From NCBI GenBank assembly GCA_964057225.1, contig OZ059900.1, forward strand, positions 4,836,001-4,900,000: DNA of 64,000 nucleotides. The letters run 5' to 3'. Positions 26,001 through 40,400 of this stretch are shown here, in pieces. Position numbers and translations under genes: made by a program. The first letter of the stretch is position 1. Every line of letters starts with the position of its first letter. Under the pieces are notes generated by a model. That model searched no databases, was not told the DNA's origin, and worked only from the letters and a program-made list of their open reading frames with translations. This stretch comes from Auanema rhodensis (taxonomy: Eukaryota; Animalia; Nematoda).

Positions 26001-29000
26001 AGATCACTTTCTTTGGATACTTAGGTGGTATAGCTACCTGTTCACAAAAAATTGGAAGTCCTGGTTACCATGCATCAAATCCTTTAAGATAGTGTTTCTA
26101 GACTAATATGACCATGGGGACTTCATTAAAATTAACAGTATTCTTCTATCTTTAACGGTATCCGAGTTACAAATCAAGATCACTTTCTTTGGATACTTAG
26201 GTGGTATAGCTACCTGTTCACAAAAAATTGGAAGTCCTGGTTACCATGCATCAAACCCATTAAGATTGTGTTTCTAGACTAATATAACCATGGGAAATTC
26301 ATTTAAGTTCACAGTATTCTTTTATCTTTAACGGTATCCGAGTTACAAATCAAGATCACTTTCTTTGGATACTTATGTGGTATAGCTACCTGTTCACAAA
26401 AAATTGGAAGTCCTGGTTACCATGCATCAAATCCTTTAAGATAGTGTTTCTAGACTAATATAACCATGGGGACTTTATCAAAGTTTACAGTATTCTTCTA
26501 TCTTTAACGGTATCCGAGTTACAAATCAAGATCACTTTCTTTGGATACTTATGTGGTATAGCTACCTGTTCACAAAAAATTGGAAGTCCTGGTTACCATG
26601 CATCAAACCCATTAAGATTGTGTTTCTAGACTAATATAACCATGGGAAATTCATTTAAGTTCACAGTATTCTTCTATCTTTAACGGTATCCGAGTTACAA
26701 ATCAAGATCACTTTCTTTGGATACTTAGGTGGTATAGCTACCTGTTCACAAAAAATTGGAAGTCCTGGTTACCATGCATCAAATCCTTTAAGATAGTGTT
26801 TCTTAACTAATATAACCATGGGGACTTCATCAAATTTCACAGTATTCTTCTATCTTTAACGGTATCCGAGTTACAAATCAAGATCACTTTCTTTGGATAC
26901 TTAGGTGGTATAGCTACCTGTTCACAAAAAATTGGAAGTCCTGGTTACCATGCATCAAACCCATTAAGATTGTGTTTCTAGACTAATATAACCATGGGAA
27001 ATTCATTTAAGTTCACAGTATTCTTTTATCTTTAACGGTATCCGAGTTACAAATCAAGATCACTTTCTTTGGATACTTATGTGGTATAGCTACCTGTTCA
27101 CAAAAAATTGGAAGTCCTGGTTACCATGCATCAAATCCTTTAAGATAGTGTTTCTAGACTAATATAACCATGGGGACTTTATCAAAGTTTACAGTATTCT
27201 TCTATCTTTAACGGTATCCGAGTTACAAATCAAGATCACTTTCTTTGGATACTTATGTGGTATAGCTACCTGTTCACAAAAAATTGGAAGTCCTGGTTAC
27301 CATGCATCAAACCCATTAAGATTGTGTTTCTAGACTAATATAACCATGGGAAATTCATTTAAGTTCACAGTATTCTTCTATCTTTAACGGTATCCGAGTT
27401 ACAAATCAAGATCACTTTCTTTGGATACTTAGGTGGTATAGCTACCTGTTCACAAAAAATTGGAAGTCCTGGTTACCATGCATCAAATCCTTTAAGATAG
27501 TGTTTCTTAACTAATATAACCATGGGGACTTCATCAAATTTCACAGTATTCTTCTATCTTTAACGGTATCCGAGTTACAAATCAAGATCACTTTCTTTGG
27601 ATACTTAGGTGGTATAGCTACCTGTTCACAAAAAATTGGAAGTCCTGGTTACCATGCATCAAACCCATTAAGATTGTGTTTCTAGACTAATATGACCATG
27701 AGAAATTCATTTAAGTTCACAGTATTCTTCTATCTTTAACGGTATCCGAGTTACAAATCAAGATCACTTTCTTTGGATACTTAGGTGGTATAGCTACCTG
27801 TTCACAAAAAATTGGAAGTCCTGGTTACCATGCATCAAACCCATTAAGATTGTGTTTCTAGACTAATATGACCATGGGAAATTTATTTAAGTACACAGTA
27901 TTCTTCTATCTTTAACGGTATCCGAGTTACAAATCAAGATCACTTTCTTTGGATACTTATGTGGTATAGCTACCTGTTCACAAAAAATTGGAAGTCCTGG
28001 TTACCATGCATCAAATCCTTTAACATAGTGTTTCTAGACTAATATAACCATGGGAAATTCATTTAAGTTCACAGTATTCTTCTATCTTTAACGGTATCCG
28101 AGTTACAAATCAAGATCACTTTCTTTGGATACTTAGGTGGTATAGCTACCTGTTCACAAAAAATTGGAAGTCCTGGTTACCATGCATCAAACCCATTAAG
28201 ATTGTGTCTCTAGACTAATATAACCATGGGAAATTCATTTAAGTTCACAGTATTCTTCTATCTTTAACGGTATCCGAGTTACAAATCAAGATCACTTTCT
28301 TTGGATACTTAGGTGGTATAGCTACTTGTTCACAAAAAATTGGAAGTCCTGGTTACCATGCATCAAACCCATTAAGATTGTGTTTCTAGACTAATATAAC
28401 CATGAGAAATTCATTTAAGTTTACAGTATTCTTCTATCTTTAACGGTATCCGAGTTACAAATCAAGATCACTTTCTTTGGATACTTAGGTGGTATAGCTA
28501 CCTGTTCACAAAAAATTGGAAGTCCTGGTTACCATGCATCAAACCCATTAAGATTGTGTTTCTAGACTAATATAACCATGGGAAATTCATTTAAGTTCAC
28601 AGTATTCTTCTATCTTTAACGGTATCCGAGTTACAAATCAAGATCACTTTCTTTGGATACTTAGGTGGTATAGCTACCTGTTCACAAAAAATTGGAAGTC
28701 CTGGTTACCATGCATCAAATCCTTTAAGATAGTGTTTCTAGACTAATATAACCATGGGGACTTCATCAAATTTCACAGTATTCTTCTATCTTTAACGGTA
28801 TCCGAGTTACAAATCAAGATCACTTTCTTTGGATACTTAGGTGGTATAGCTACCTGTTCACAAAAAATTGGAAGTCCTGGTTACCATGCATCAAACCCAT
28901 TAAGATTGTGTCTCTAGACTAATATAACCATGGGAAATTCATTTAAGTTCACAGTATTCTTCTATCTTTAACGGTATCCGAGTTACAAATCAAGATCACT

Positions 29001-31152
29001 TTCTTTGGATACTTAGGTGGTATAGCTACCTGTTCACAAAAAATTGGAAGTCCTGGTTACCATGCATCAAACCCATTAAGATTGTGTCTCTAGACTAATA
29101 TAACCATGGGAAATTCATTTAAGTTCACAGTATTCTTCTATCTTTAACGGTATCCGAGTTACAAATCAAGATCACTTTCTTTGGATACTTAGGTGGTATA
29201 GCTACCTGTTCACAAAAAATTGGAAGTCTTGGTTACCATGCATCAAACACAATACGATAGTGTTTCTAGACTAATATGACCATGAGAAATTCATTTAAGT
29301 TTACAGTATTCTTCTATCTTTAACGGTATCCGAGTTACAAATCAAGATCACTTTCTTTGGATACTTAGGTGGTATAGCTACCTGTTCACAAAAAATTGGA
29401 AGTCCTGGTTACCATGCATCAAATCCTTTAAGATAGTGTTTCTAGACTAATATGACCATGGGGACTTCATCAAAATTAACAGTATTCTTCTATCTTTAAC
29501 GGTATCCGAGTTACAAATCAAGATCACTTTCTTTGGATACTTAGGTGGTATAGCTACCTGTTCACAAAAAATTGGAAGTCCTGGTTACCATGCATCAAAT
29601 CCTTTAAGATAGTGTTTCTAGACTAATATGACCATGGGGACTTCATTAAAATTAACAGTATTCTTCTATCTTTAACGGTATCCGAGTTACAAATCAAGAT
29701 CACTTTCTTTGGATACTTAGGTGGTATAGCTACCTGTTCACAAAAAATTGGAAGTCCTGGTTACCATGCATCAAACCCATTAAGATTGTGTTTCTAGACT
29801 AATATAACCATGGGAAATTCATTTAAGTTCACAGTATTCTTTTATCTTTAACGGTATCCGAGTTACAAATCAAGATCACTTTCTTTGGATACTTATGTGG
29901 TATAGCTACCTGTTCACAAAAAATTGGAAGTCCTGGTTACCATGCATCAAATCCTTTAAGATAGTGTTTCTAGACTAATATAACCATGGGGACTTTATCA
30001 AAGTTCACAGTATTCTTCTATCTTTAACGGTATCCGAGTTACAAATCAAGATCACTTTCTTTGGATACTTATGTGGTATAGCTACCTGTTCACAAAAAAT
30101 TGGAAGTCCTGGTTACCATGCATCAAACCCATTAAGATTGTGTTTCTAGACTAATATAACCATGGGAAATTCATTTAAGTTCACAGTATTCTTCTATCTT
30201 TAACGGTATCCGAGTTACAAATCAAGATCACTTTCTTTGGATACTTAGGTGGTATAGCTACCTGTTCACAAAAAATTGGAAGTCCTGGTTACCATGCATC
30301 AAATCCTTTAAGATAGTGTTTCTTGACTAATATAACCATGGGGACTTCATCAAATTTCACAGTATTCTTCTATCTTTAACGGTATCCGAGTTACAAATCA
30401 AGATCACTTTCTTTGGATACTTAGGTGGTATAGCTACCTGTTCACAAAAAATTGGAAGTCCTGGTTACCATGCATCAAACCCATTAAGATTGTGTTTCTA
30501 GACTAATATGACCATGGGAAATTCATTTAAGTTCACAGTATTCTTTTATCTTTAACGGTATCCGAGTTACAAATCAAGATCACTTTCTTTGGATACTTAT
30601 GTGGTATAGCTACCTGTTCACAAAAAATTGGAAGTCCTGGTTACCATGCATCAAATCCTTTAAGATAGTGTTTCTAGACTAATATAACCATGGGGACTTT
30701 ATCAAAGTTCACAGTATTCTTCTATCTTTAACGGTATCCGAGTTACAAATCAAGATCACTTTCTTTGGATACTTATGTGGTATAGCTACCTGTTCACAAA
30801 AAATTGGAAGTCCTGGTTACCATGCATCAAACCCATTAAGATTGTGTTTCTAGACTAATATAACCATGGGAAATTCATTTAAGTTCACAGTATTCTTCTA
30901 TCTTTAACGGTATCCGAGTTACAAATCAAGATCACTTTCTTTGGATACTTAGGTGGTATAGCTACCTGTTCACAAAAAATTGGAAGTCTTGGTTACCATG
31001 CATCAAACACAATACGATAGTGTTTCTAGACTAATATGACCATGGGGACTTCATTAAAATTAACAGTATTCTTCTATCTTCAACGGTATCCGAGTTACAA
31101 ATCAAGATCACTTTCTTTGGATACTTAGGTGGTATAGCTACCTGTTCACAAA
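20065..31152. repeat. Satellite subdomain II, with a distinct variant set
   Basis: gtcctgg and ctttaacgg dominate. Characteristic variants are tgtgtctcta, ccatgaga, gacttcattaaaattaac, gactttatcaaa, gctacttg and tttcttaact. cgagtaac is absent. Boundaries are approximate. Confidence 0.75.
23585..28512. repeat. 12-monomer tandem duplication whose second copy contains a nested 4-monomer duplication (12+16 monomers)
   Basis: tcttaact at 24692, 26804 (+2112 = 12x176) and 27508 (+704 = 4x176). gtacac at 25077/27893 and tttaacat at 25208/28024 (+2816 = 16x176). Confidence 0.9.
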
Positions 31153-31411
31153 AAATTGGAAGTCCTGGTTACCATGCATCAAACCCATTAAGATTGTGTT
31201 TCTAGACTAATATGACCATGGGAAATTCATTTAAGTTCACAGTATTCTTTTATCTTTAACGGTATCCGAGTTACAAATCAAGATCACTTTCTTTGGATAC
31301 TTAGGTGGTATAGCTACCTGTTCACAAAAAATTGGAAGTCCTGGTTACCTTGCATCAAACCCATTAAGATTGTGTTTCTAGACTTATATGACCATGGGAA
31401 ATTCATTTAAG

Positions 31412-34400
31412 TTCACAGTATTCTTCTATCTTTAACGGTATCCGAGTTACAAATCAAGATCACTTTCTTTGGATACTTAGGTGGTATAGCTACCTGTTCA
31501 CAAAAAATTGGAAGTCCTGGTTACCATGCATCAAACCCATTAAAATTGTGTTTCTAGACTAATATGACCATGGGAAATTTATTTAAGTTCACAGTATTCT
31601 TTTATCTTCAACGGTATCCGAGTTACAAATCAAGATCACTTTCTTTGGATACTTATGTGGTATAGCTACCTGTTCACAAAAAATTGGAAGTCTTGGTTAC
31701 CATGCATCAAATCCTTTAAGATAGTGTTTCTAGACTAATATAACCATGGGGACTTCATCAAATTTCACAGTATTCTTCTATCTTTAACGGTATCCGAGTT
31801 ACAAATCAAGATCACTTTCTTTGGATACTTAGGTGGTATAGCTACCTGTTCACAAAAAATTGGAAGTCCTGGTTACCATGCATCAAACCCATTAAAATTG
31901 TGTTTCTAGACTAATATGACCATGGGAAATTTATTTAAGTTCACAGTATTCTTTTATCTTCAACGGTATCCGAGTTACAAATCAAGATCACTTTCTTTGG
32001 ATACTTATGTGGTATAGCTACCTGTTCACAAAAAATTGGAAGTCTTGGTTACCATGCATCAAATCCTTTAAGATTGTGTTTCTAGACTAATATGACCATG
32101 GGAAATTCATTTAAGTTCACAGTATTCTTCTATCTCTAACGGTATCCGAGTTACAAATCAAGATCACTTTCTTTGGATACTTAGGTGGTATAGCTACCTG
32201 TTCACAAAAAATTGGAAGTCTTGGTTACCATGCATCAAACACAATACGATAGTGTTTCTAGACTAATATGACCATGAGAAATTCATTTAAGTTTACAGTA
32301 TTCTTCTATCTTTAACGGTATCCGAGTTACAAATCAAGATCACTTTCTTTGGATACTTAGGTGGTATAGCTACCTGTTCACAAAAAATTGGAAGTCTTGG
32401 TTACCATGCATCAAACCCATTAAGATTGTGTTTCTAGACTAATATGACCATGGGAAATTCATTTAAGTTCACAGTATTCTTTTATCTTTAACGGTATCCG
32501 AGTTACAAATCAAGATCACTTTCTTTGGATACTTAGGTGGTATAGCTACCTGTTCACAAAAAATTGGAAGTCCTGGTTACCATGCATCAAACCCATTAAG
32601 ATTGTGTTTCTAGACTAATATGACCATGATGACTTCATTGAAATTCACAGTATTCTTCTATCTTCAACGGTATCCGAGTTACAAATCAAGATCACTTTCT
32701 TTGGATACTTAGGTGGTATAGCTACCTGTTCACAAAAAATTGGAAGTCTTGGTTACCATGCATCAAACCCATTAAGATTGTGTTTCTAGACTAATATGAC
32801 CATGGGAAATTTATTTAAGTTCACAGTATTCTTTTATCTTTAACGGTATCCGAGTTACAAATCAAGATCACTTTCTTTGGATACTTAGGTGGTATAGCTA
32901 CCTGTTCACAAAAAATTGGAAGTCCTGGTTACCATGCATCAAACCCATTAAGATTGTGTTTCTAGACTAATATGACCATGGGAAATTCATTTAAGTTTAC
33001 AGTATTCTTCTATCTTTAACGGTATCCGAGTTACAAATCAAGATCACTTTCTTTGGATACTTAGGTGGCATAGCTACCTGTTCACAAAAAATTGGAAGTC
33101 CTGGTTACCATGCATCAAACCCATTAAGATTGTGTTTCTAGACTAATATGACCATGGGAAATTTATTTAAGTTCACAGTATTCTTTTATCTTCAACGGTA
33201 TCCGAGTTACAAATCAAGATCACTTTCTTTGGATACTTATGTGGTATAGCTACCTGTTCACAAAAAATTGGAAGTCTTGGTTACCATGCATCAAATCCTT
33301 TAAAATAGTGTTTCTAGACTAATATAACCATGGGGACTTCATCAAATTTCACAGTATTCTTCTATCTTTAACGGTATCCGAGTTACAAATCAAGATCACT
33401 TTCTTTGGATACTTAGGTGGTATAGCTACCTGTTCACAAAAAATTGGAAGTCCTGGTTACCATGCATCAAACCCATTAAGATTGTGTTTCTAGACTAATA
33501 TGACCATGGGAAATTTATTTAAGTTCACAGTATTCTTTTATCTTCAACGGTATCCGAGTTACAAATCAAGATCACTTTCTTTGGATACTTAGGTGGTATA
33601 GCTACCTGTTCACAAAAAATTGGAAGTCCTGGTTACCATGCATCAAACCCATTAAGATTGTGTTTCTAGACTAATATGACCATGGGAAATTCATTTAAGT
33701 TCACAGTATTCTTCTATCTTTAACGGTATCCGAGTTACAAATCAAGATCACTTTCTTTGGATACTTAGGTGGTATAGCTACCTGTTCACAAAAAATTGGA
33801 AGTCCTGGTTACCATGCATCAAACCCATTAAGATTGTGTTTCTAGACTAATATAACCATGGGAAATTCATTTAAGTTCACAGTATTCTTCTATCTTTAAC
33901 GGTATCCGAGTTACAAATCAAGATCACTTTCTTTGGATACTTAGGTGGTATAGCTACCTGTTCACAAAAAATTGGAAGTCCTGGTTACCATGCATCAAAC
34001 CCATTAAGATTGTGTTTCTAGACTAATATGACCATGGGAAATTCATTCAAGTTCACAGTATTCTTCTATCTTTAACGGTATCCGAGTTACAAATCAAGAT
34101 CACTTTCTTTGGATACTTATGTGGTATAGCTACCTGTTCACAAAAAATTGGAAGTCTTGGTTACCATGCATCAAATCCTTTAAGATAGTGTTTCTAGACT
34201 AATATAACCATGGGGACTTCATCAAATTTCACAGTATTCTTCTATCTTTAACGGTATCCGAGTTACAAATCAAGATCACTTTCTTTGGATACTTAGGTGG
34301 TATAGCTACCTGTTCACAAAAAGTTGGAAGTCCTGGTTACCATGCATCAAACCCATTAAGATTGTGTTTCTAGACTAATATGACCATGGGAAATTCATTT

Positions 34401-37400
34401 AAGTTCACAGTATTCTTCTATCTTTAACGGTATCCGAGTTACAAATCAAGATCATTTTCTTTGGATACTTAGGTGGTATAGCTACCTGTTCACAAAAAAT
34501 TGGAAGTCCTGGTAACCATGCATCAAACCCATTAAGATTGTGTTTCTAGACTAATATGACCATGGGAAATTTATTTAAGTTCACAGTATTCTTTTATCTT
34601 CAACGGTATCCGAGTTACAAATCAAGATCACTTTCTTTGGATACTTATGTGGTATAGCTACCTGTTCACAAAAAATTGGAAGTCTTGGTTACCATGCATC
34701 AAATCCTTTAAGATAGTGTTTCTAGACTAATATAACCATGGGGACTTCATCAAATTTCACAGTATTCTTCTATCTTTAACGGTATCCGAGTTACAAATCA
34801 AGATCACTTTCTTTGGATACTTAGGTGGTATAGCTACCTGTTCACAAAAAATTGGAAGTCCTGGTTACCATGCATCAAACCCATTAAGATTGTGTTTCTA
34901 GACTAATATAACCATGGGAAATTCATTTAAGTTCACAGTATTCTTCTATCTTTAACGGTATCCGAGTTACAAATCAAGATCACTTTCTTTGGATACTTAG
35001 GTGGTATGCTACCTGTTCACAAAAAATTGGAAGTCCTGGTTACCATGCATCAAACCCATTAAGATTGTGTTTCTAGACTAATATGACCATGGGAAATTCA
35101 TTTAAGTTCACAGTATTCTTTTATCTTTAACGGTATCCGAGTTACAAATCAAGATCACTTTCTTTGGATACTTAGGTGGTATAGCTACCTGTTCACAAAA
35201 AATTGGAAGTCCTGGTTACCTTGCATCAAACCCATTAAGATTGTGTTTCTAGACTAATATGACCATGGGAAATTCATTTAAGTTCACAGTATTCTTTTAT
35301 CTTTAACGGTATCCGAGTTACAAATCAAGATCACTTTCTTTGGATACTTAGGTGGTATAGCTACCTGTTCACAAAAAATTGGAAGTCTTGGTTACCATGC
35401 ATCAAACACAATACGATAGTGTTTCTAGACTAATATGACCATGAGAAATTCATTTAAGTTTACAGTATTCTTCTATCTTTAACGGTATCCGAGTTACAAA
35501 TCAAGATCACTTTCTTTGGATACTTAGGTGGTATAGCTACCTGTTCACAAAAAATTGGAAGTCTTGGTTACCATGCATCAAACACAATACGATAGTGTTT
35601 CTAGACTAATATGACCATGGGAAATTCATTTAAGTTCACAGTATTCTTTTATCTTTAACGGTATCCGAGTTACAAATCAAGATCACTTTCTTTGGATACT
35701 TAGGTGGTATAGCTACCTGTTCACAAAAAATTGGAAGTCTTGGTTACCATGCATCAAATCCTTTGAGATAGTGTTTCTAGACTAATATAACCATGGGGAC
35801 TTCATCAAATTTCACAGTATTCTTCTATCTTCAACGGTATCCGAGTTACAAATCAAGATCACTTTCTTTGGATACTTAGGTGGTATAGCTACCTGTTCAC
35901 AAAAAATTGGAAGTCCTGGTTACCATGCATCAAACCCATTAAAATTGTGTTTCTAGACTAATATGACCATGGGAAATTCATTTAAGTTTACAGTATTCTT
36001 CTATCTTTAACGGTATCCGAGTAACAAATCAAGATCACTTTCTTTGGATACTTAGGTGGTATAGCTACCTGTTCACAAAAAATTGGAAGTTTTGGTTACC
36101 ATGCATCAAATCCTTTAAGATAGTGTTTCTAGACTAATATAACCATGGGGACTTCATCAAATTTTACAGTATTCTTCTATCTTTAACGGTATCCGAGTTA
36201 CAAATCAAGATCACTTTCTTTGGATACTTAGGTGGTATAGCTACCTGTTCACAAAAAATTGGAAGTCCTGGTTACCATGCATCAAACCCATTAAAATTGT
36301 GTTTCTAGACTAATATGACCATGGGAAATTTATTTAAGTTCACAGTATTCTTTTATCTTCAACGGTATCCGAGTTACAAATCAAGATCACTTTCTTTGGA
36401 TACTTATGTGGTATAGCTACCTGTTCACAAAAAATTGGAAGTCTTGGTTACCATGCATCAAATCCTTTAAGATAGTGTTTCTAGACTAATATAACCATGG
36501 GGACTTCATCAAATTTCACAGTATTCTTCTATCTTTAACGGTATCCGAGTTACAAATCAAGATCACTTTCTTTGGATACTTAGGTGGTATAGCTACCTGT
36601 TCACAAAAAATTGGAAGTCCTGGTTACCATGCATCAAACCCATTAAAATTGTGTTTCTAGACTAATATGACCATGGGAAATTTATTTAAGTTCACAGTAT
36701 TCTTTTATCTTCAACGGTATCCGAGTTACAAATCAAGATCACTTTCTTTGGATACTTATGTGGTATAGCTACCTGTTCACAAAAAATTGGAAGTCTTGGT
36801 TACCATGCATCAAATCCTTTAAGATAGTGTTTCTAGACTAATATAACCATGGGGACTTCATCAAATTTCACAGTATTCTTCTATCTTTAACGGTATCCGA
36901 GTTACAAATCAAGATCACTTTCTTTGGATACTTAGGTGGTATAGCTACCTGTTCACAAAAAATTGGAAGTCCTGGTTACCATGCATCAAACCCATTAAAA
37001 TTGTGTTTCTAGACTAATATGACCATGGGAAATTTATTTAAGTTCACAGTATTCTTTTATCTTCAACGGTATCCGAGTTACAAATCAAGATCACTTTCTT
37101 TGGATACTTATGTGGTATAGCTACCTGTTCACAAAAAATTGGAAGTCTTGGTTACCATGCATCAAATCCTTTAAGATTGTGTTTCTAGACTAATATGACC
37201 ATGGGAAATTCATTTAAGTTCACAGTATTCTTCTATCTCTAACGGTATCCGAGTTACAAATCAAGATCACTTTCTTTGGATACTTAGGTGGTATAGCTAC
37301 CTGTTCACAAAAAATTGGAAGTCTTGGTTACCATGCATCAAACACAATACGATAGTGTTTCTAGACTAATATGACCATGAGAAATTCATTTAAGTTTACA

Positions 37401-40400
37401 GTATTCTTCTATCTTTAACGGTATCCGAGTTACAAATCAAGATCACTTTCTTTGGATACTTAGGTGGTATAGCTACCTGTTCACAAAAAATTGGAAGTCT
37501 TGGTTACCATGCATCAAACCCATTAAGATTGTGTTTCTAGACTAATATGACCATGGGAAATTCATTTAAGTTCACAGTATTCTTTTATCTTTAACGGTAT
37601 CCGAGTTACAAATCAAGATCACTTTCTTTGGATACTTAGGTGGTATAGCTACCTGTTCACAAAAAATTGGAAGTCCTGGTTACCATGCATCAAACCCATT
37701 AAGATTGTGTTTCTAGACTAATATGACCATGATGACTTCATTGAAATTCACAGTATTCTTCTATCTTCAACGGTATCCGAGTTACAAATCAAGATCACTT
37801 TCTTTGGATACTTAGGTGGTATAGCTACCTGTTCACAAAAAATTGGAAGTCTTGGTTACCATGCATCAAACCCATTAAGATTGTGTTTCTAGACTAATAT
37901 GACCATGGGAAATTTATTTAAGTTCACAGTATTCTTTTATCTTTAACGGTATCCGAGTTACAAATCAAGATCACTTTCTTTGGATACTTAGGTGGTATAG
38001 CTACCTGTTCACAAAAAATTGGAAGTCCTGGTTACCATGCATCAAACCCATTAAGATTGTGTTTCTAGACTAATATGACCATGGGAAATTCATTTAAGTT
38101 TACAGTATTCTTCTATCTTTAACGGTATCCGAGTTACAAATCAAGATCACTTTCTTTGGATACTTAGGTGGCATAGCTACCTGTTCACAAAAAATTGGAA
38201 GTCCTGGTTACCATGCATCAAACCCATTAAGATTGTGTTTCTAGACTAATATGACCATGGGAAATTTATTTAAGTTCACAGTATTCTTTTATCTTCAACG
38301 GTATCCGAGTTACAAATCAAGATCACTTTCTTTGGATACTTATGTGGTATAGCTACCTGTTCACAAAAAATTGGAAGTCTTGGTTACCATGCATCAAATC
38401 CTTTAAAATAGTGTTTCTAGACTAATATAACCATGGGGACTTCATCAAATTTCACAGTATTCTTCTATCTTTAACGGTATCCGAGTTACAAATCAAGATC
38501 ACTTTCTTTGGATACTTAGGTGGTATAGCTACCTGTTCACAAAAAATTGGAAGTCCTGGTTACCATGCATCAAACCCATTAAGATTGTGTTTCTAGACTA
38601 ATATGACCATGGGAAATTTATTTAAGTTCACAGTATTCTTTTATCTTCAACGGTATCCGAGTTACAAATCAAGATCACTTTCTTTGGATACTTAGGTGGT
38701 ATAGCTACCTGTTCACAAAAAATTGGAAGTCCTGGTTACCATGCATCAAACCCATTAAGATTGTGTTTCTAGACTAATATGACCATGGGAAATTCATTTA
38801 AGTTCACAGTATTCTTCTATCTTTAACGGTATCCGAGTTACAAATCAAGATCACTTTCTTTGGATACTTAGGTGGTATAGCTACCTGTTCACAAAAAATT
38901 GGAAGTCCTGGTTACCATGCATCAAACCCATTAAGATTGTGTTTCTAGACTAATATAACCATGGGAAATTCATTTAAGTTCACAGTATTCTTCTATCTTT
39001 AACGGTATCCGAGTTACAAATCAAGATCACTTTCTTTGGATACTTAGGTGGTATAGCTACCTGTTCACAAAAAATTGGAAGTCCTGGTTACCATGCATCA
39101 AACCCATTAAGATTGTGTTTCTAGACTAATATGACCATGGGAAATTCATTCAAGTTCACAGTATTCTTCTATCTTTAACGGTATCCGAGTTACAAATCAA
39201 GATCACTTTCTTTGGATACTTATGTGGTATAGCTACCTGTTCACAAAAAATTGGAAGTCTTGGTTACCATGCATCAAATCCTTTAAGATAGTGTTTCTAG
39301 ACTAATATAACCATGGGGACTTCATCAAATTTCACAGTATTCTTCTATCTTTAACGGTATCCGAGTTACAAATCAAGATCACTTTCTTTGGATACTTAGG
39401 TGGTATAGCTACCTGTTCACAAAAAGTTGGAAGTCCTGGTTACCATGCATCAAACCCATTAAGATTGTGTTTCTAGACTAATATGACCATGGGAAATTCA
39501 TTTAAGTTCACAGTATTCTTCTATCTTTAACGGTATCCGAGTTACAAATCAAGATCATTTTCTTTGGATACTTAGGTGGTATAGCTACCTGTTCACAAAA
39601 AATTGGAAGTCCTGGTAACCATGCATCAAACCCATTAAGATTGTGTTTCTAGACTAATATGACCATGGGAAATTTATTTAAGTTCACAGTATTCTTTTAT
39701 CTTCAACGGTATCCGAGTTACAAATCAAGATCACTTTCTTTGGATACTTATGTGGTATAGCTACCTGTTCACAAAAAATTGGAAGTCTTGGTTACCATGC
39801 ATCAAATCCTTTAAGATAGTGTTTCTAGACTAATATAACCATGGGGACTTCATCAAATTTCACAGTATTCTTCTATCTTTAACGGTATCCGAGTTACAAA
39901 TCAAGATCACTTTCTTTGGATACTTAGGTGGTATAGCTACCTGTTCACAAAAAATTGGAAGTCCTGGTTACCATGCATCAAACCCATTAAGATTGTGTTT
40001 CTAGACTAATATAACCATGGGAAATTCATTTAAGTTCACAGTATTCTTCTATCTTTAACGGTATCCGAGTTACAAATCAAGATCACTTTCTTTGGATACT
40101 TAGGTGGTATGCTACCTGTTCACAAAAAATTGGAAGTCCTGGTTACCATGCATCAAACCCATTAAGATTGTGTTTCTAGACTAATATGACCATGGGAAAT
40201 TCATTTAAGTTCACAGTATTCTTTTATCTTTAACGGTATCCGAGTTACAAATCAAGATCACTTTCTTTGGATACTTAGGTGGTATAGCTACCTGTTCACA
40301 AAAAATTGGAAGTCCTGGTTACCTTGCATCAAACCCATTAAGATTGTGTTTCTAGACTAATATGACCATGGGAAATTCATTTAAGTTCACAGTATTCTTT

